This document shows, one piece after another, positions 1 through 12,669 of a DNA stretch of 64,000 nt. The stretch lies in NCBI GenBank assembly GCA_051362555.1, contig CM120649.1:18490567-18554566 (forward strand), in the 5' to 3' direction. Below the pieces are notes generated by a model. It was given only the letters and a program-made list of their open reading frames with translations. It made no database searches and had not been told where the DNA came from. Every line of letters starts with the position of its first letter. Position 1 is the first letter of the stretch. A program made the position numbers and the translations under genes. Origin of the DNA: Lingula anatina. Lineage: Eukaryota > Animalia > Brachiopoda.

Positions 1-270
1 ATATGTGTAGTCATACATGTAATGTATTTTTTACCAAGATATTCAGTCAAATGAGCCTGGAAAATGAAGTGGATTTATTTTCAGATAAAAAGTCATTTTT
101 TCATACTTGTGAACTCCTGAATATTTAATCTTGCATATAAGTCTGATTTAACATGGTTTCGATCAGGGCTTTTCCCAGGGTTTGGGGTACAGGGTCCACT
201 TATTGTAAATCTGAAACTTGATAACAGATTGACATGAAGTTTAACCAGGTCTTAAAAATATACTGTGAGC

Positions 271-328
271 TGGAGGTGGTGGTGTTGGTGGTGTTGGTGG
301 TGGTGGTGGGTGGGGTGGGGGGGGGGGC
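271..328. repeat. (GGT)n / poly-G low-complexity tract
   Basis: tggaggtggtggtgttggtgg... followed by a G run. Confidence 0.85.
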
Positions 329-880
329 AGTGTTATATTATTTTATTAAAATATTCAAAATTTATAAAATTTGAATAAATTTCATTAAAAATTGAAGAAT
401 ATTCATTGTATAATAGTTTACTTATATAAATATCACTTATTTTAAAGTTTTTAAATTGATATTTATATTAACAATTTGCTTTCTTTAGGGGTAACATGTT
501 TCATTTTTGAATGTACAGTATGAATTAAATAAAATCAGTCATTTAAAAAAATCCCCCTTCTTTTTATTTAAATTCTCATATTTTTATTATTTATTTTTTT
601 ATTATTTATTTTCTTCCTTACAGCAATACCACATTGGTATATGATAGCACTGCTAATTTATCAAATTCCAGCACTAAATTTTAAACTGTAAATAACACAG
701 GTGGTGCTAGAGTCATTAAATAAAACATCTTACAAAATTTCAGGTTATGCAAATAAACAACATTTCAACAAGATCTTAAGTCCCAAAGTTTGACTTTCCA
801 ACTTCAAATGGTTGTGAGGAGAAAGCGTGCAACACATTTGATACACTAGATACATCCAGTCCAATCTGGCTGTTGTGTAG

Positions 881-1089
881 TTTAAAAATTATCGACCAAT
901 ATCAAACTTGCCCTTCTTAGGGAAGTTTCTTGAGAAAATGGCATGTATACAACTGAATAACTATCTAGCTCAAAACAGTCTATATGGCAAGTTTCAATCA
1001 GCTTATAGAGAAGGACATAGCACAGAAACAGCTCTCCTAAGGGTTCATAATGACATCATGCTTTCCTTAGACAAACAAAAAGATGTTAT
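881..1089 (+). mobile_element. CR1/L2-group LINE, 5'-truncated RT fragment (part 1)
   Basis: Translates LKNYRPISNLPFLGKFLEK...QSAYREGHSTETALLRVHND, typical non-LTR RT motifs. It resumes in frame at 4281 once the insertion is removed. Confidence 0.92.
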
Positions 1090-4000
1090 CCCTTAGCAAA
1101 ATTTTAAGCTTCCCGCACACTGTTTCTGCGGATGCGCAGCAGATTCACAGTAAGGGTTTCTGCGGATGCGCAGCACGCCTCATTTGCATGGTAAAATACG
1201 CACCTCCTGCACACTCCTTGCACATCTCCTGCAAACTTCCTGCACACCCCCAACACCACAACCAGCACACTTCTCGCATACCTCCTGCGTACTTCTTGCA
1301 TACCTTCTGCGTACTTTTTGCACACTTCCTGCGCACATCTTGCACACCTCCTGCGTATGTGTTGCACACCTCCTGCGTACTTTTTGCACACCTTTTGTGC
1401 ACTTCTTGCACACCTCCTGCACACTTTTTGCATACTTTGTTGCACACTAATTTAAATATTTTATAACACAATTTAAATTTTATTCACTCGTTTTTTCAAT
1501 CAGTTAACATTAATTCTACAAAGACAGGTTCTGAGTTACATCTAAAGACGTGCCAACAGAAATATTGTAAAATCTGTTTATCAACAACAAACAAGAAATT
1601 ACAGTCATATATTGTGCTTTATTAATCAAATTAAAAATCGAACAAAATCAGCAAAATCCAAGCCATGTCCATATTTCTCTTCTTTACATCTTTCTGCCAC
1701 ATTTCTCTTCTTTACTCATCCTGTCCTGCTCCGTCAATCTAAAAAAGAGTATACCATAAAGTCCTACAAATTTACCACACTGTGCACAATGCTTAACATC
1801 CAAATCTTAAACATCCATGTGGAGGACAAAAAAACCATCAATATACACATTACTGTTTGAGAAGTCCTGAAATCAAGTTCAAGTGTTTATTATTCATATA
1901 AAGAAAAGGTTGAAAGGTAGGCAGAAAAATGTCTTGGATATTAAAAAAAAAAAAAACAGTGCTAAAACTGCTTTGAAGAATACTTTATATACATTCCTCA
2001 CACATCTATGTTATGTTGAAATCTTAGGGTTTATGGTTGTATTCACTTTTTCACTTATTTTCAACATATACTTGTTGAATGATGTAATCAGCTTGCAGTT
2101 AGTGTTGTTCTCTTTTAAAACTTACTCTGCACAGCTCTTTCAACTAGAGAATCCTTCACAAAAGAAGCTGTTGCTGACAGTTCTTGTGGGCTGACACAAA
2201 AGTACTTGACTTTTTGGTACACTTTGTGAGAGTTTTGATGAGCCACCAACTATAGATATTCACAGCAAAGTGTCCCTTCCAGTCATGCCAGCTTCTGTAT
2301 GTTGTCTACTCTCTAGGGTCACCTGAAATAAACAATTATTCAACAAATGTCCATTTGTTCAAATAACACAGTAAGAGACAAATTTTTTTGAGATTCAACT
2401 GCATTTGAAGAAACATTTTGGTGAGCAATTGATCATAGTTTTATAAGAAATTAAGAGACTAAACAGTGATTGGATTCTATATCCTCGTTTCTTTGTTGGC
2501 TAAAAGGGAAGTATACATTATAAATTAAAACTTATTTAATGTAATATAGATATAATGTTTACAATGTACACTACAAATTAGATCAATTTTCTCATTTTCA
2601 ATTTGATTAGATGCCCAAATGATCCAATGCATTACTGTAATACATACCTTCCTCAATCCAATTTTTCTACACTCTGTACTCTTCCACTATGCTCCTGAAT
2701 TAAAACTGGCTTGAATGTAAACAGCCTTCACTCATAAACAAAGACTTAGACAGGATACCACACATCTGATAACACCAAATAGGTGGTTGTTGTAACAATA
2801 GCTGCAGGAATAGAGACCTAATAATAGGTGCCAGGCTAACAAAAGAAATTCACAGTTGTTGAATCTGTGGTTGGTGGAGTAAGGCATTCTCTAACATCAG
2901 TTGACTGTTAAACCTTGGGCTTAAAGTGTGATTGAGCATGATTTATAATAAAATGTATCTTTAAAAATATTAATTTGTCCTCGTTTCCCACCCTTTATGA
3001 GGGACAGTACTATACCCTTTATGTTCGCTTTCTTTTACATCACATTATATATATTAGGCTGGATTGAAATTTCACTTTTTAAAACAGCCAAGGTCAAGTA
3101 AAATCTGACTATAAGCAAGATTAAAATCTGACTAGATAAGGTTGACTTTCAATAAAATAGAAGAAATATGAAGTTAGTAAATATCATCATAAAAATACTA
3201 AAAATACATTTACTGTGTTTTTATCTTTTTGTGAAAATTAACTAGCAAAGTCAAGATTATACTATCCATGTTTAATTTACCACAACCCTAGATTTTATAA
3301 CTGTTACATTTCATGACTGATACATCCTAATAATAAGTTGTGATTTAGTGAATGAGTTTAAAGGGTTGATTAGGCATTTTTCTATTAGATGTTGTTAAAC
3401 TTATATTGCCCTTGACTTATTCTCATACTTTGAGTGAGGTAAACACCATAGTTTGTTAGAACAATACAATTTATAACTAGCTTTACATAATGTTATTGAT
3501 TTGTTTGTTGGACTAATTTGGCTGGATTTCTCTCTGGCCTGCGACATACAGTCAATACCCACTATAGCTCACAATAGTGTATTATTAATCATAGTGTGCT
3601 TGCCCCGTATATATGATAATAATTAAAATTTTATATAAACATTGATTATTTCTAATTGATTGATATAAAGTAAAATGGGTATTGAAGTATTTTGTTTGTG
3701 TTATTGTCAATGGCATTGCATATACATGTATCTTGTATTGGTACATATTAAATAATCAAATGATAAGGTTTTTACTCTAAAATAGCATACCCCGATAAAA
3801 TTAAAAGCTTGTTGTATACTCAACTCACACAACTTAAAATTTCTAAGTTTTCTGTACACTTGTTGCACAATCCTGATGAAAAATTTGAGTTTTCTGCACA
3901 CTTATGGCAAACTACTGATGAAATTGTAAGTTTATTGCACGCTTTCTGCACACATCTGTTGAAAAACCAAGTGTCTTGCACATTTTCTGCACACTCATGA

Positions 4001-4280
4001 CAGAAAAATTACATTTTCTGCACACTTGTTGCATACTCTTGATCAAATTTTAAGGTTATCGCACACTCTCCGCATACTTCTTTTGAAATACCAAGTCTCT
4101 TGCATACTTTCTGCACACTATCTGCACTTATGGAAGTGTGCAGTAGGTGTGCAACGAAAGAATTTTTATTGCACACTTCTGCACACTCCCCAAAGCTGTC
4201 TACTGCACACTCTAGAGTGTGCCGCACATATGCAGTTTATTTGCAGCACATGTGCTGCACACTTTTCATTTTGCTAAGGG
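1090..4280. mobile_element. Non-autonomous DNA transposon, CMC/EnSpm(CACTA)-like, inserted in the LINE
   Basis: 13-bp TIR CCCTTAGCAAAAT...ATTTTGCTAAGGG, 2-bp TSD AT, and dense TGCACAC-type subterminal repeats (~1110-1450 and ~3830-4265). Removing it restores the LINE frame D-V-I-L-V-L-L-D-L-S-A-A-F-D-T. Confidence 0.85.
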
Positions 4281-5692
4281 ATTTTAGTCCTTTTAGATCT
4301 GTCTGCTGCATTCGACACCATTGACCACAACATACTTCTGCACAGACTACAGTACCGATTTGGAGTAAATGATTTAGCACTTAATTGGTTAACCTCATAT
4401 CTAAAAGATCGAACACAAAAGGTGTCAATTGAGTCGTTGCTATCAGAGCCCACTATTTTAGAGTATGGTGTCCCTCAGGGGACTGTGCTAGGTCCACTGC
4501 TCTTCTCATTGTATATGCTACAAATAGAAGACATTATAGTTAAACATGGTCTCAACACTGTCATTTTTGCTGATGACACTCAAATTTATGTCACAAGTGA
4601 AAGTAATCGCTCCATGGCTATCACCTCAATAGAAACTTGTCTAGTTGAGATCCGGAATTGGATGAAAACAAACATGCTAGCACTAAATGATGGAAAAACT
4701 GAACTAATATGGTTTACATCAAGGTCTAAGGCAGACAGTGGAAATGCAATGAAATCTGATATTTGTATCGGTGGTGTCAACATCAATCCATCTAGCTATG
4801 TGAAAGATTTAGGTGTCACCTTTGATCAGTATGCAACTATGGATAGACGGATCTCTGAAATTTGCAAATCGGCATCATACTCACTTTGGCGAATTAGTAA
4901 AGATACGTGACTTACTGGACAAAACTTTAACTGAAAAAGTAGTCCATGCTTTCATTACTTCTAAGCTTGATTATTGCAACAGTCTCTTATATGGTTTAGG
5001 CAAAAATCATCTGAACAAACTTCAATTAATTCAAAATTCTGCAGCTAGACTGGCAACTAAAATGGGATGGAACAGCCGAGAGCATATATCACCTGTTTTG
5101 ATGGAACTTCACTGGCTTCCAGTAAGAGAGAGAATTTTATTTAAAATTTTATGTGTCATTTTTAAAGCAGTCCCTGAGAATAAACCACTTTATAGCTCAG
5201 AACTTATGAAGCAACATCAGCATGGAAGAGTTACCAGGTCTTCAACTTTTAGTCATTTACTTTTAGAACACAGCTTTAGAAAGCTGGTAAATTTTATGGT
5301 GAAAGGGCATTTATGATATATGCACCCAAAGTTTGGAACACCTTACCCTCTGAAATACGAGCAGCAGGTGACATAGATACTTTTAAAAAGCTTTTGAAGA
5401 CTCATATTTTTAGAATAGCCTATCAGTAACTATCATATAGTTAATTTTAGTTTTTAATAAGGTGTACTGTAATTTTATGATTCATTTTAAATGTTGTCAC
5501 TTTAGTTTCTTATCATTTTAGAATATGAATAATTGGTTCTTTAAATTAGTTCTTAGTCCTTTAAAATTGTAATGTGTTCTTATATTAGTATTGTGTTATT
5601 TAGCTCTTTTAAGTGAATGTTGTAAGGCGCATTGAGATTTTTAATGGAATGCGCCATAGAAAAATAAATTATTATTATTATTCATTATTATT
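4281..5692 (+). mobile_element. CR1/L2-group LINE RT C-terminus, 3' UTR and (TTA)n tail (part 2), frameshifted
   Basis: Motifs LDLSAAFDTIDH, GVPQGTVLGPLLF, FADDTQ, LDYCNSLL, LHWLPV; frameshifts near 4900 and 5280; aataaa plus (att)n tail at ~5662-5692. Confidence 0.92.
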
Positions 5693-6589
5693 AGTTTCTA
5701 TTTTAGGAATGGTCTTTGTTACTAGAGCACGTAGATTTGTAAACAAATAAATATTCAGTAGTCAGCCTGTTATGTGAATAAATTTTGTCTTGTGAAGTTT
5801 TGGAAGGTGTTCACTTTCATAATTTGGCAGTAAGTTTGCTTAGACTTTGTTTTGGGACCACGTGTTTTGTACCAAATGTAGGTCACTCTTTTCAACGCAA
5901 TCCAGGAAGAGACGAGAAGACGTTAGGATGCAACAAAAATTTCTTTTTCAAGATTTTTGTTCTTTAGTTCTCATAAAACATAACCTGTCCGTCGGACAGC
6001 CCACCCTGCAAATTCACTTGTCCGAACTGAATTTTTACATGTGACTGCCTGATACCTTCCTGTGTTCTTTTCTTACGTGCTGGGGCATTAGCACCAAAAT
6101 ACTTACAGAGGGTAGACTGCGACTTAAGCACAATCTTGTATAATCCACGTGCGTCGTGACATTATTCAATTAAATTTCTTTATGAGAAAGACATCGTACA
6201 ATTATAATTACAGATTATAGAAGAAGCAAAACTTAAACTGCGTAATTAGACGAGATTGTGTGAACTTGAATGACCACACATCGTTCGTCACTTGTTTCGT
6301 AAACAAGCATGTAAATGCCGCATTTGATACTTTGTATCAGATGTTTCATAACACGGTGAAGGGGCTTTGCGCTAGGCATGCCGGGAAAACGGTGAATAAG
6401 CATGTACTTTCAGATTTTGTTCATTTGTTAAGAGTGTCGATTTCTTGAAGGGCTAGCCTCATTGTTTTCGTTTTTATTTCAACCAAATCTGTTTAACATG
6501 AACGTGCATATTGATATACAGTTATTTTAGAGGCCAGAAAATGACCAGACCAACGGACTGGCAACTTTTGGAAAGAGACTGCCCAGGTG

Positions 6590-9265
6590 ATAATTTAGCC
6601 GTCCCAGGCTGCCGGACAGTCCTTATTTTGTACCCTGCATATGGTGGCAGTAAGTTACCAGTATGTGGAATAGCAACATTGACATTCACAAATGACAAGG
6701 TCATGGTGACCTCAGACAGCTATATATTGTGGACTGTGAAGGACCAGTTATACTAGGAATGGAAACCAGTCAAAAACTGGGACTTGTTACTCTGAACATC
6801 AATACAGTGGCAAGACAGTCCATACTATCAGAGTATAAGGATGTCTTTCAAAGTATCGGGAAATTGGATGGGGAATATCACATAAATATTGACCCCACTG
6901 TTTCTCTTGTTGTTCACCCACCACGGCGTGTACCTATTGCATTGCAGCCAGCACTCGAGGAGGAGTTGGACTCTCTCATTGAGCAAGGGATCCTGTCCAT
7001 TGTCATACAACCAACGAAATGGGTAAACTCGTGTGTATGTGTAACCAAACCCAATGGAAAAATACATCTCTGCCTGGACCCAAGAGACTTAAATACGGCA
7101 ATTAAACATCCACACCACTACACGCCAACACTAGATGATGTCCTACCTCAACTGAGTGGCGCGCATACTTGACCTTCGGAGTGGGTATTGGAATATCACG
7201 TTAGATGAAGAAAGTTCTCTCCTGACTACCTTCAATACACCCTTCAGAAGATTTAGATACAACAGACTACCCTTTGGCCTCTCGCTTTCTCAAGATGTCT
7301 TCCAAGCCAAGAAGTCTTCAAAGACATTCCAGGGTGTACCGGAATCGCTAACGACCTAATCATAGCAGGTTGGCAGAAGGATGGATCTGACCACAATGTG
7401 ACTCTGCGCGTAATATAAGATACAGCCAGAAGAAAGGGGATACGCTTTAATGAAAACAAGATGATTCTTAGAAGGGAGGAAATTCCATTCTTCGTTCATA
7501 TATTATAGGAAAAGACGGGCTATAACCAGACCCAGCAAAGGTAGAAGCCATTTATGTAATGAATGAACCGAGAAATGTATCTGAGCTGCAAACATTCCTT
7601 GGAATGACCAATTATCTAAGCAGGTACATTTCCCACGTCTCAACTTACAAGTAGCCTCAGGGACCTGTGCAAGAAGGATAGTGTTTTTCAGTGGAATGCT
7701 GAACAATGTATTGCATTCAACAGGATAAAAAGATAAACAGCAAACGCAACCAACCTCCAATTCAATGACAGTAGCAAGTCACTTACACTCCAGGTTGACG
7801 CTTCATCTTATGAATTAGGAGCTGCCATAATCCAGGATAAAGGCCCAGTTGCATATGCTAGTAAAGCACTCATAGAAACAGAGTCACGTTACTGGCACGA
7901 GATGTTAGCAGTAGTGTTTGGTCTTGAAAAGTTTCACCATTATGTCTATGGTAGACATGTTAAAGTAGAGACTGACTGACTGACAAGCCTCTAGAAGCTA
8001 TTTTCAAGAAGCACCTACACAACACACCACCGCATCTGACCTGCATGTTGCTGAGAACACAGTGTTATGACACAGAGGTTGTGTATGTCCCAGGCAGACT
8101 TGCTGATTCCCTCTCTCGCATAAGACCTTGTGATGGTGACAACATCAAAAGGACTTGACATTACAATACACGAATTACACTCTTACATGAACGCAAGTCC
8201 AACATGCATTGAGCAAATTCGTGAGGAAACTAGTAAAAGAACCGCAGCTAGCAGCTCTTCGTGAAATGATTTCTGTAGAATGGCCAGCTACACACAACCA
8301 GTGTCTAGAATTTCTCCACCTATACTGGAACTACCATGATGAGTTAGGCATCTCAGATGGAATCATTATGAAGGGGAAAAGGATGATTATTCCAACAGTA
8401 CTTCACCCTGACCTACTTAAACAGCTACATTATGCCCATCAGGGAGTTGAGAAATGTAAGCTACGTGCAAAAATTGTCTGGCCTGTCATGAATAATGATA
8501 TTGAGCACACAGTTGGACTGTGTCCACCTTGCCAGAAACACCAAGCTGCCAACAGTAAGGAACCCTTACTGCCAACAAATGTACCTCCCCATGCATGGCA
8601 CACATTAGCAGCAGATTTGTTCTATTGTAGACAAACTGACTACTTATTAGTTGCTGACCAGTACAGCAAATACCCTTTAGTGCGGAAGCTTACAAGAACA
8701 TCATCAGGCAGTGTTATTGCACACTTTAAGAGCATATTCCAGGAGCTTGGCATCCCTGAGATTTTTAAAACTGGCCATGGACCTCAGTTTTTGTCTGAAG
8801 AATTCAAAAACTTCGCACAACTCCCATTGATCACCATTGAAGGACTTGCGGGGGACGTGAGATTCTGCGCAAAATTTGGACGCAAACAGCCCATAAGAGC
8901 CAGTACGGACGGTTGTGACCCAGGCTTAAAACACACTATGATCAGCATGTCAAACAACTTGCACCTTTACATGAAGGAGAATTTGTTCGCATGTATGACA
9001 CCCAGAATAATACATGGCTACCTGCCAAGGTTAAAATTGTATCAGACAAACCCAGATCTTATTATGTGGAATCCAATGGTGGAATTTACCAACGCAACAG
9101 GAAACATTCATAAGACAAAAGAACATTTTGATTTCAGAAACAATGAGATTGAGGAAACTGATGAACCTCTTGCTAACATTACAAACACATATACTGTTAC
9201 AAAATGTGAAACACCTCAATCTCAGCCCTTACGCAGATCAAACAGGAACATCAAACCTCCAGCGC
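6590..9265 (+). pseudogene. Decayed Gypsy/Ty3 pol (protease end, RT, RNase H, partial integrase), no LTRs seen
   Basis: Motifs VVHPPRRVP, WVNSCVCVTKPNGKIHLCLDPRDLN, RYNRLPFGL, GIANDL (mutated DD), QVDAS..LGA, LHYAHQG...C..CQ, DLF...LLVADQYSK. Many frameshifts and stops, and a deletion in integrase near 8820. Confidence 0.88.
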
Positions 9266-9410
9266 GCCAAAAGGTAATTGATTCTAATTACATAATTGCA
9301 TCGTCGGGAGCATCTCTTGATCTCTGAGTGCTCCCGACACAGAGTAATCAGTATTTCACAATCATTATGAAAAATTCATATCAATGGTCTAGATCCACTT
9401 AGTATTCTTA

Positions 9411-9956
9411 GAGCGCATTCTCAACGAATTAAGCCAGGCTTTACAAAGCCGGTGACCTAAAAATGGCGGACGTACATGAAAGAAAAACCGCCTAATCTTT
9501 TAATAGTCTCTCCGCCTCTCACACGCCTCCCCACACGTCGTCCCTGCGGGGTACAGTAATTAAATCTCGGCTCCGAACATTAATATTTCCGTGAATATCT
9601 CTGGTGATATTATCTCCTTAGATAGTCGATTCATTGCTGCTCTACGGGCCAAATTATTCCTTTTTCGTCTCTGTTTTCAAAGATAATAGAACAGAAGAGC
9701 TTTTTTTTTTCGATCGCCTTCAGCCGCTATGCCTTCTTCACCACGAGTTTAACTGATGAGCATGCGCACTTAATATTTCTCAGGTAGCTTCCGCATGGCG
9801 AACAGAGCCGAGATTTAATTACTGTACCCCGCAGGGACGACGTGTGGGGAGGCGGAGAGACTATTAAAAGATTAGGCGGTTTTTCTTTCATGTACGTCCG
9901 CCATTTTTAGGTCACCGGCTTTGTAAAGCCTGGCTTAATTCGTTGAGAATGCGCTC
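9411..9956. mobile_element. PIF/Harbinger (Tourist-like) foldback MITE
   Basis: ~150-bp near-perfect inverted arms starting GAGCGCATTCTCAACG. TTA TSD at 9408-9410 and 9957-9959; the paralogous empty site near 28365 has a single TTA. Confidence 0.92.
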
Positions 9957-10021
9957 TTAGCTGTTGGTTATAATTCCCATAACACTGTTCCTAATGAGAA
10001 GTCTAGTTCTGCATTACTTAA

Positions 10022-10531
10022 AGGGATAACAACCATTTGCAGGGGCGGATCCAGATATATATTTTGACAGTCTTCCAAATTATCCGTGTTGATATATCCT
10101 CCATTTTTGACCGTCTTCCGACAGTAAAAATTAGATACCCGTCAATGTAAACTTGAAAATCTGACCGTCTTCCGGAAGACCCAGAAGACGGCCTAAATCC
10201 GCCCCTGATTTGTTAGATATCCACATTTCACAATAAATACATTGTTAATAACTTATAGAAATATAAGGAATTCTATTTTACCACCAAAACAGCAGTTAAC
10301 TCAATTACTCTGAAATTTGTGCTTGCCATCACATCAAGTGACCTCCACAGATGGCTACAGTCTGTAATAATCTCTTAAGAGAACATTACAAAAAACCAAA
10401 CTTTTTAGAAAAAAAAACAGGGACTAACTTTGAATATGGGAACGGATTGATTTACCATTGGTAAGTATCGGAAAATTGCCTTTACCCTAGGAAAATCCAT
10501 TTTTTGCTCAAATTGAACAGTTGTTATCCCT
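10022..10531. mobile_element. Kolobok-like TTAA MITE carrying a nested element
   Basis: ttaa|AGGGATAACAAC...GTTGTTATCCCT|tttaa; same family as 37001-37337. Confidence 0.75.
10040..10207. mobile_element. Small MITE with CAGGGGCGGAT TIRs
   Basis: CAGGGGCGGAT...ATCCGCCCCTG, flanked by ATTTG on both sides; a partial relative lies at ~24855-24990. Confidence 0.8.
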
Positions 10532-11106
10532 TTTAATACATACGGGCCCCTTACCGGCTCATCATAATCAAGGGAGCTAAAAATGGAATGCACAGCTCTA
10601 CCAAGTAAAAGACAATGTACGGTAAAGTCTTGAAAATTTCGTCGCTTAAAAATTAATTAATATTTTTAATTGTGTAAATTCGACTAATTTTTCAAAATTA
10701 CCTCTCCCCGACTCCTGGGTATGATGAAATTTTCAAAAATCCGGCCTTTGGGCTTTTATCCTTAGCGACTGTTATCTTTGACCCTCCTATATTGTGGGAT
10801 ATTTATTACTACTTCCTAAGTCATTTTCTGGTGGTAAATAATAATCTATTTATTAGTGCATCTCGATTAAGTTATACTTAACTTACTGTACCCGAAAACA
10901 TGTTGAGAATTATCTTCTTGGTAAGAAACATACCTCCTGATAGAGGGGAAGGATCATGATAAGCCTAATTGCAACCTTGCATCATAACCTGGACGCGACA
11001 TATTAAAAAAATTACGCTCTTGGGAACGTTTGTTGCATGCAGGGCTTTTCCCAGGATTGAGTGTCAGGCCTTCTAAAATTACCATCTGTAATTTCCTAAA
11101 AATTTA

Positions 11107-12008
11107 CAGGGAGTTAAAATAATGATCTCCCGTTGACGATCTTCCGTAATTTAAGTTCCTTGAACTAATATGAAAACTGCATTTTATTATTGCTTACATC
11201 GCAAACAATCTCCCGGTGAAGATGTGAAAATTGCCTTTTCGTCTAGCAAGGATCGCGAACGATCTCCCTCTGATATGATCTTACGCGAACAAAGTCCTGA
11301 GAATATTACGCGAACGATTCTCCGCCGAAGATATACCGTGAGCAGGGCAGGGGGCGGATTAAAGATAAAATGAAAATGAATATTAAAAAAAAATCCAAAG
11401 TGTGTGTGTGGGGGGGGGGGAGGGGTTAAATAATCTCCCGCTGACGATCTTCCGCGAACGAAGTTCCCTAAATCCCTTGAACTAATATGAAAATTGCATT
11501 TCATTCTTGCTAACATCGCGAACGATCTCCCGATGATGATATGAAAATTGCCTTTTCGTCTCGTTCGGATCGCGAACGATCTCCCTCTGACGATCTTACG
11601 CAACGAAAGTCTTGACGATATTACGCGAACGATTCTCCGCTGAAGATATGCCGTGATAGGGGGAAGGGGGATTAAAGATAAAATGAAAAGTATATATTAT
11701 TTATAAAATTCAAAGGGGGGGGGTTAAAATAATGAACTAATATGAAAAGTGCATTAAATTTTTATTCTCGCTTACATCCTGAATGATCTCCCGCTGAAGA
11801 TATGAAGATTGCCTTTTCGTCTCTCTCGAATCACAAACGATCTCCCGCTGATGATCTTACGCGAACGGAGTCCGCTACAAATATGAAAATTATCTTCCCA
11901 TCTCGTTTGGATCGCGAACGATCTGTTGACGATATTACAAGAACGATTCTCCGCTGAAGATATGAAAATTGCCATCTCGTCCCATTCGCATTGCGAACGA
12001 TCTCCCTG
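11107..12008. mobile_element. Putative non-autonomous DNA transposon made of GAACGATCTCCC-type repeats
   Basis: ta|CAGGGAG...CTCCCTG|ta ends; short motif repeats nested in about three ~300-bp units; CpG-rich relative to the flanks. Confidence 0.55.
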
Positions 12009-12669
12009 TACGAGCCAGGTAATCATTAAATGGTCCTAAATTGAACATGGACATGAATAGAAGTGAATGGTACATTTCACTTCGAGATAATATCTTGATT
12101 TTTTCATTGTGTCTTCCTCATTTAGGACAGCCGCCGATAACAATAACGGCGTTACAAATGACAAAGCCGCAGCCTGTGATTTCTATTTGCCGGCTTGATA
12201 ACGCACCTTAAGCCAGGTAACAGTAATGTAACTAAAGACAAAAGGCCGACGTTCCCGAAATTGAGAACGGGAATTCACATCTAAACCATCTATATTGTGA
12301 GTAACCTCTCGCAGGGGCGCACTATTGTTCCTATCTCCCATTGAGAGTGTTATCGGCAATGATATCCTGATCGTATCATTGTCTTGAATCAACTGACACA
12401 TTACCTTCATGTTTGAGCTGGACAACGCGGCCATATTTAGTGACGAACTTTTCAAAAATTATCGAGTACCTCATTTTCAAGGTCGACGTAGTTTTCAAAG
12501 GGAAAAAAGTTACGTCGGCGGAAAATTGTCTGCCGACCAAATTTTCAAGAACTACGAAATTTTCAAGACTTTACTGTATAATCAAATGTCAAATCAAGAC
12601 GCAGCAAGTGTAATATATTCTATCACTTCCAAACAAAAGAAAATTCAAAAGCAGAGACAGTATACTTAC

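Noticed and set aside
1083-1471. Overlapping Cys/His-rich ORFs resembling metallothionein or zinc fingers (also 3707-4324)
   Set aside because: They arise in several frames on both strands from the TGCACAC subterminal repeats of the transposon.
165-11056. CAGGGCTTTTCCCAGG at 165 and 11040 as the ends of one large hAT element
   Set aside because: Both are in the same orientation, with no matching inverted end or TSD; they are probably two independent fragments.
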